From positions 1,824,001 to 1,888,000 of the forward strand of contig OZ244239.1 of the NCBI GenBank assembly GCA_965217115.1: a stretch of 64,000 bases of DNA, read 5' to 3'. This DNA comes from Bdellovibrionales bacterium. GTDB taxonomy: Bacteria; Bdellovibrionota; Bdellovibrionia; Bdellovibrionales; CAYMLA01. Numbering within the stretch: the first letter of the stretch is position 1; every line of letters begins with the position of its first letter. The notes below the pieces were generated by a model. The model was not told the origin of the DNA, made no database searches, and was given only the letters and a program-made list of their open reading frames with translations. The translations under genes were made by a program, and so were the position numbers. Positions 63,821 to 64,000 of the stretch are shown here, in pieces.

Positions 63821-64000
63821 TCATTGAGGAGACAACTTAAATATTAAATGATCCCTCTTCGGGGGGGCGAGGTGTCTCTGAGGCTCTGGGTGAATAAGTG
63901 TTTGGAGAGGTTTTTTCGAAGAGGGTTTACCTAGACCTTTGTCTGTAATATAAGAATTGAACTCACCTTTTTGAGAGTGATCAGGGTAGACTTTTGTGTG
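63821..64000 (-). CDS. Possible 3' end of a gene cut by the window edge
   Basis: One minus-strand frame is open from 64000 to TGA at 63821-63823. No family recognised. Confidence 0.3.
   Translation of the reverse strand, partial: HTKVYPDHSQKGEFNSYITDKGLGKPSSKKPLQTLIHPEPQRHLAPPKRDHLIFKLSPQ

Noticed and set aside
1..64000. CRISPR array, rRNA, integrase or transposase
   Set aside because: No regularly spaced repeats, rRNA-like sequence or recombinase motifs were seen by eye.

Overview
Core-genome segment of a predatory deltaproteobacterium-like organism, most likely Bdellovibrionota (inferred from gene content and order). 1-10.7 kb: a contiguous Agl-Glt gliding-motility operon. 10.7-43.2 kb: housekeeping genes on the + strand (lptC/A fusion, lptB, rpoN, hpf, metK, an RHH protein, lepA, two lepB, pyrB-carA-carB, proS, pyrF, a TrmH methyltransferase, five tRNAs, tuf, secE-nusG-rplKAJL-rpoBC-rpsL-rpsG). 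The str operon ends after rpsG with no fusA, at a REP-like hairpin. An AT-rich minus-strand defence island (about 43.4-53.8 kb) follows, carrying an SNF2 helicase + type III Mod + Res module and a type VI-like retron. The retron reads: structured ncRNA, then an unannotated 48-aa basic/hydrophobic small protein (45628-45774) whose ribosome-binding site is buried in a hairpin, then an XRE HTH protein, the RT, and a 3-TM gene broken by one in-frame TAA. 54-64 kb: an uncharacterised lipid-modification cluster (acyl-AMP ligase, UbiA-like, GNAT-like, MMPL, DUF3419/BtaA-like, SRPBCC). No CRISPR array, rRNA, integrase or transposase was seen. All calls come from reading motifs by eye; no searches were run.
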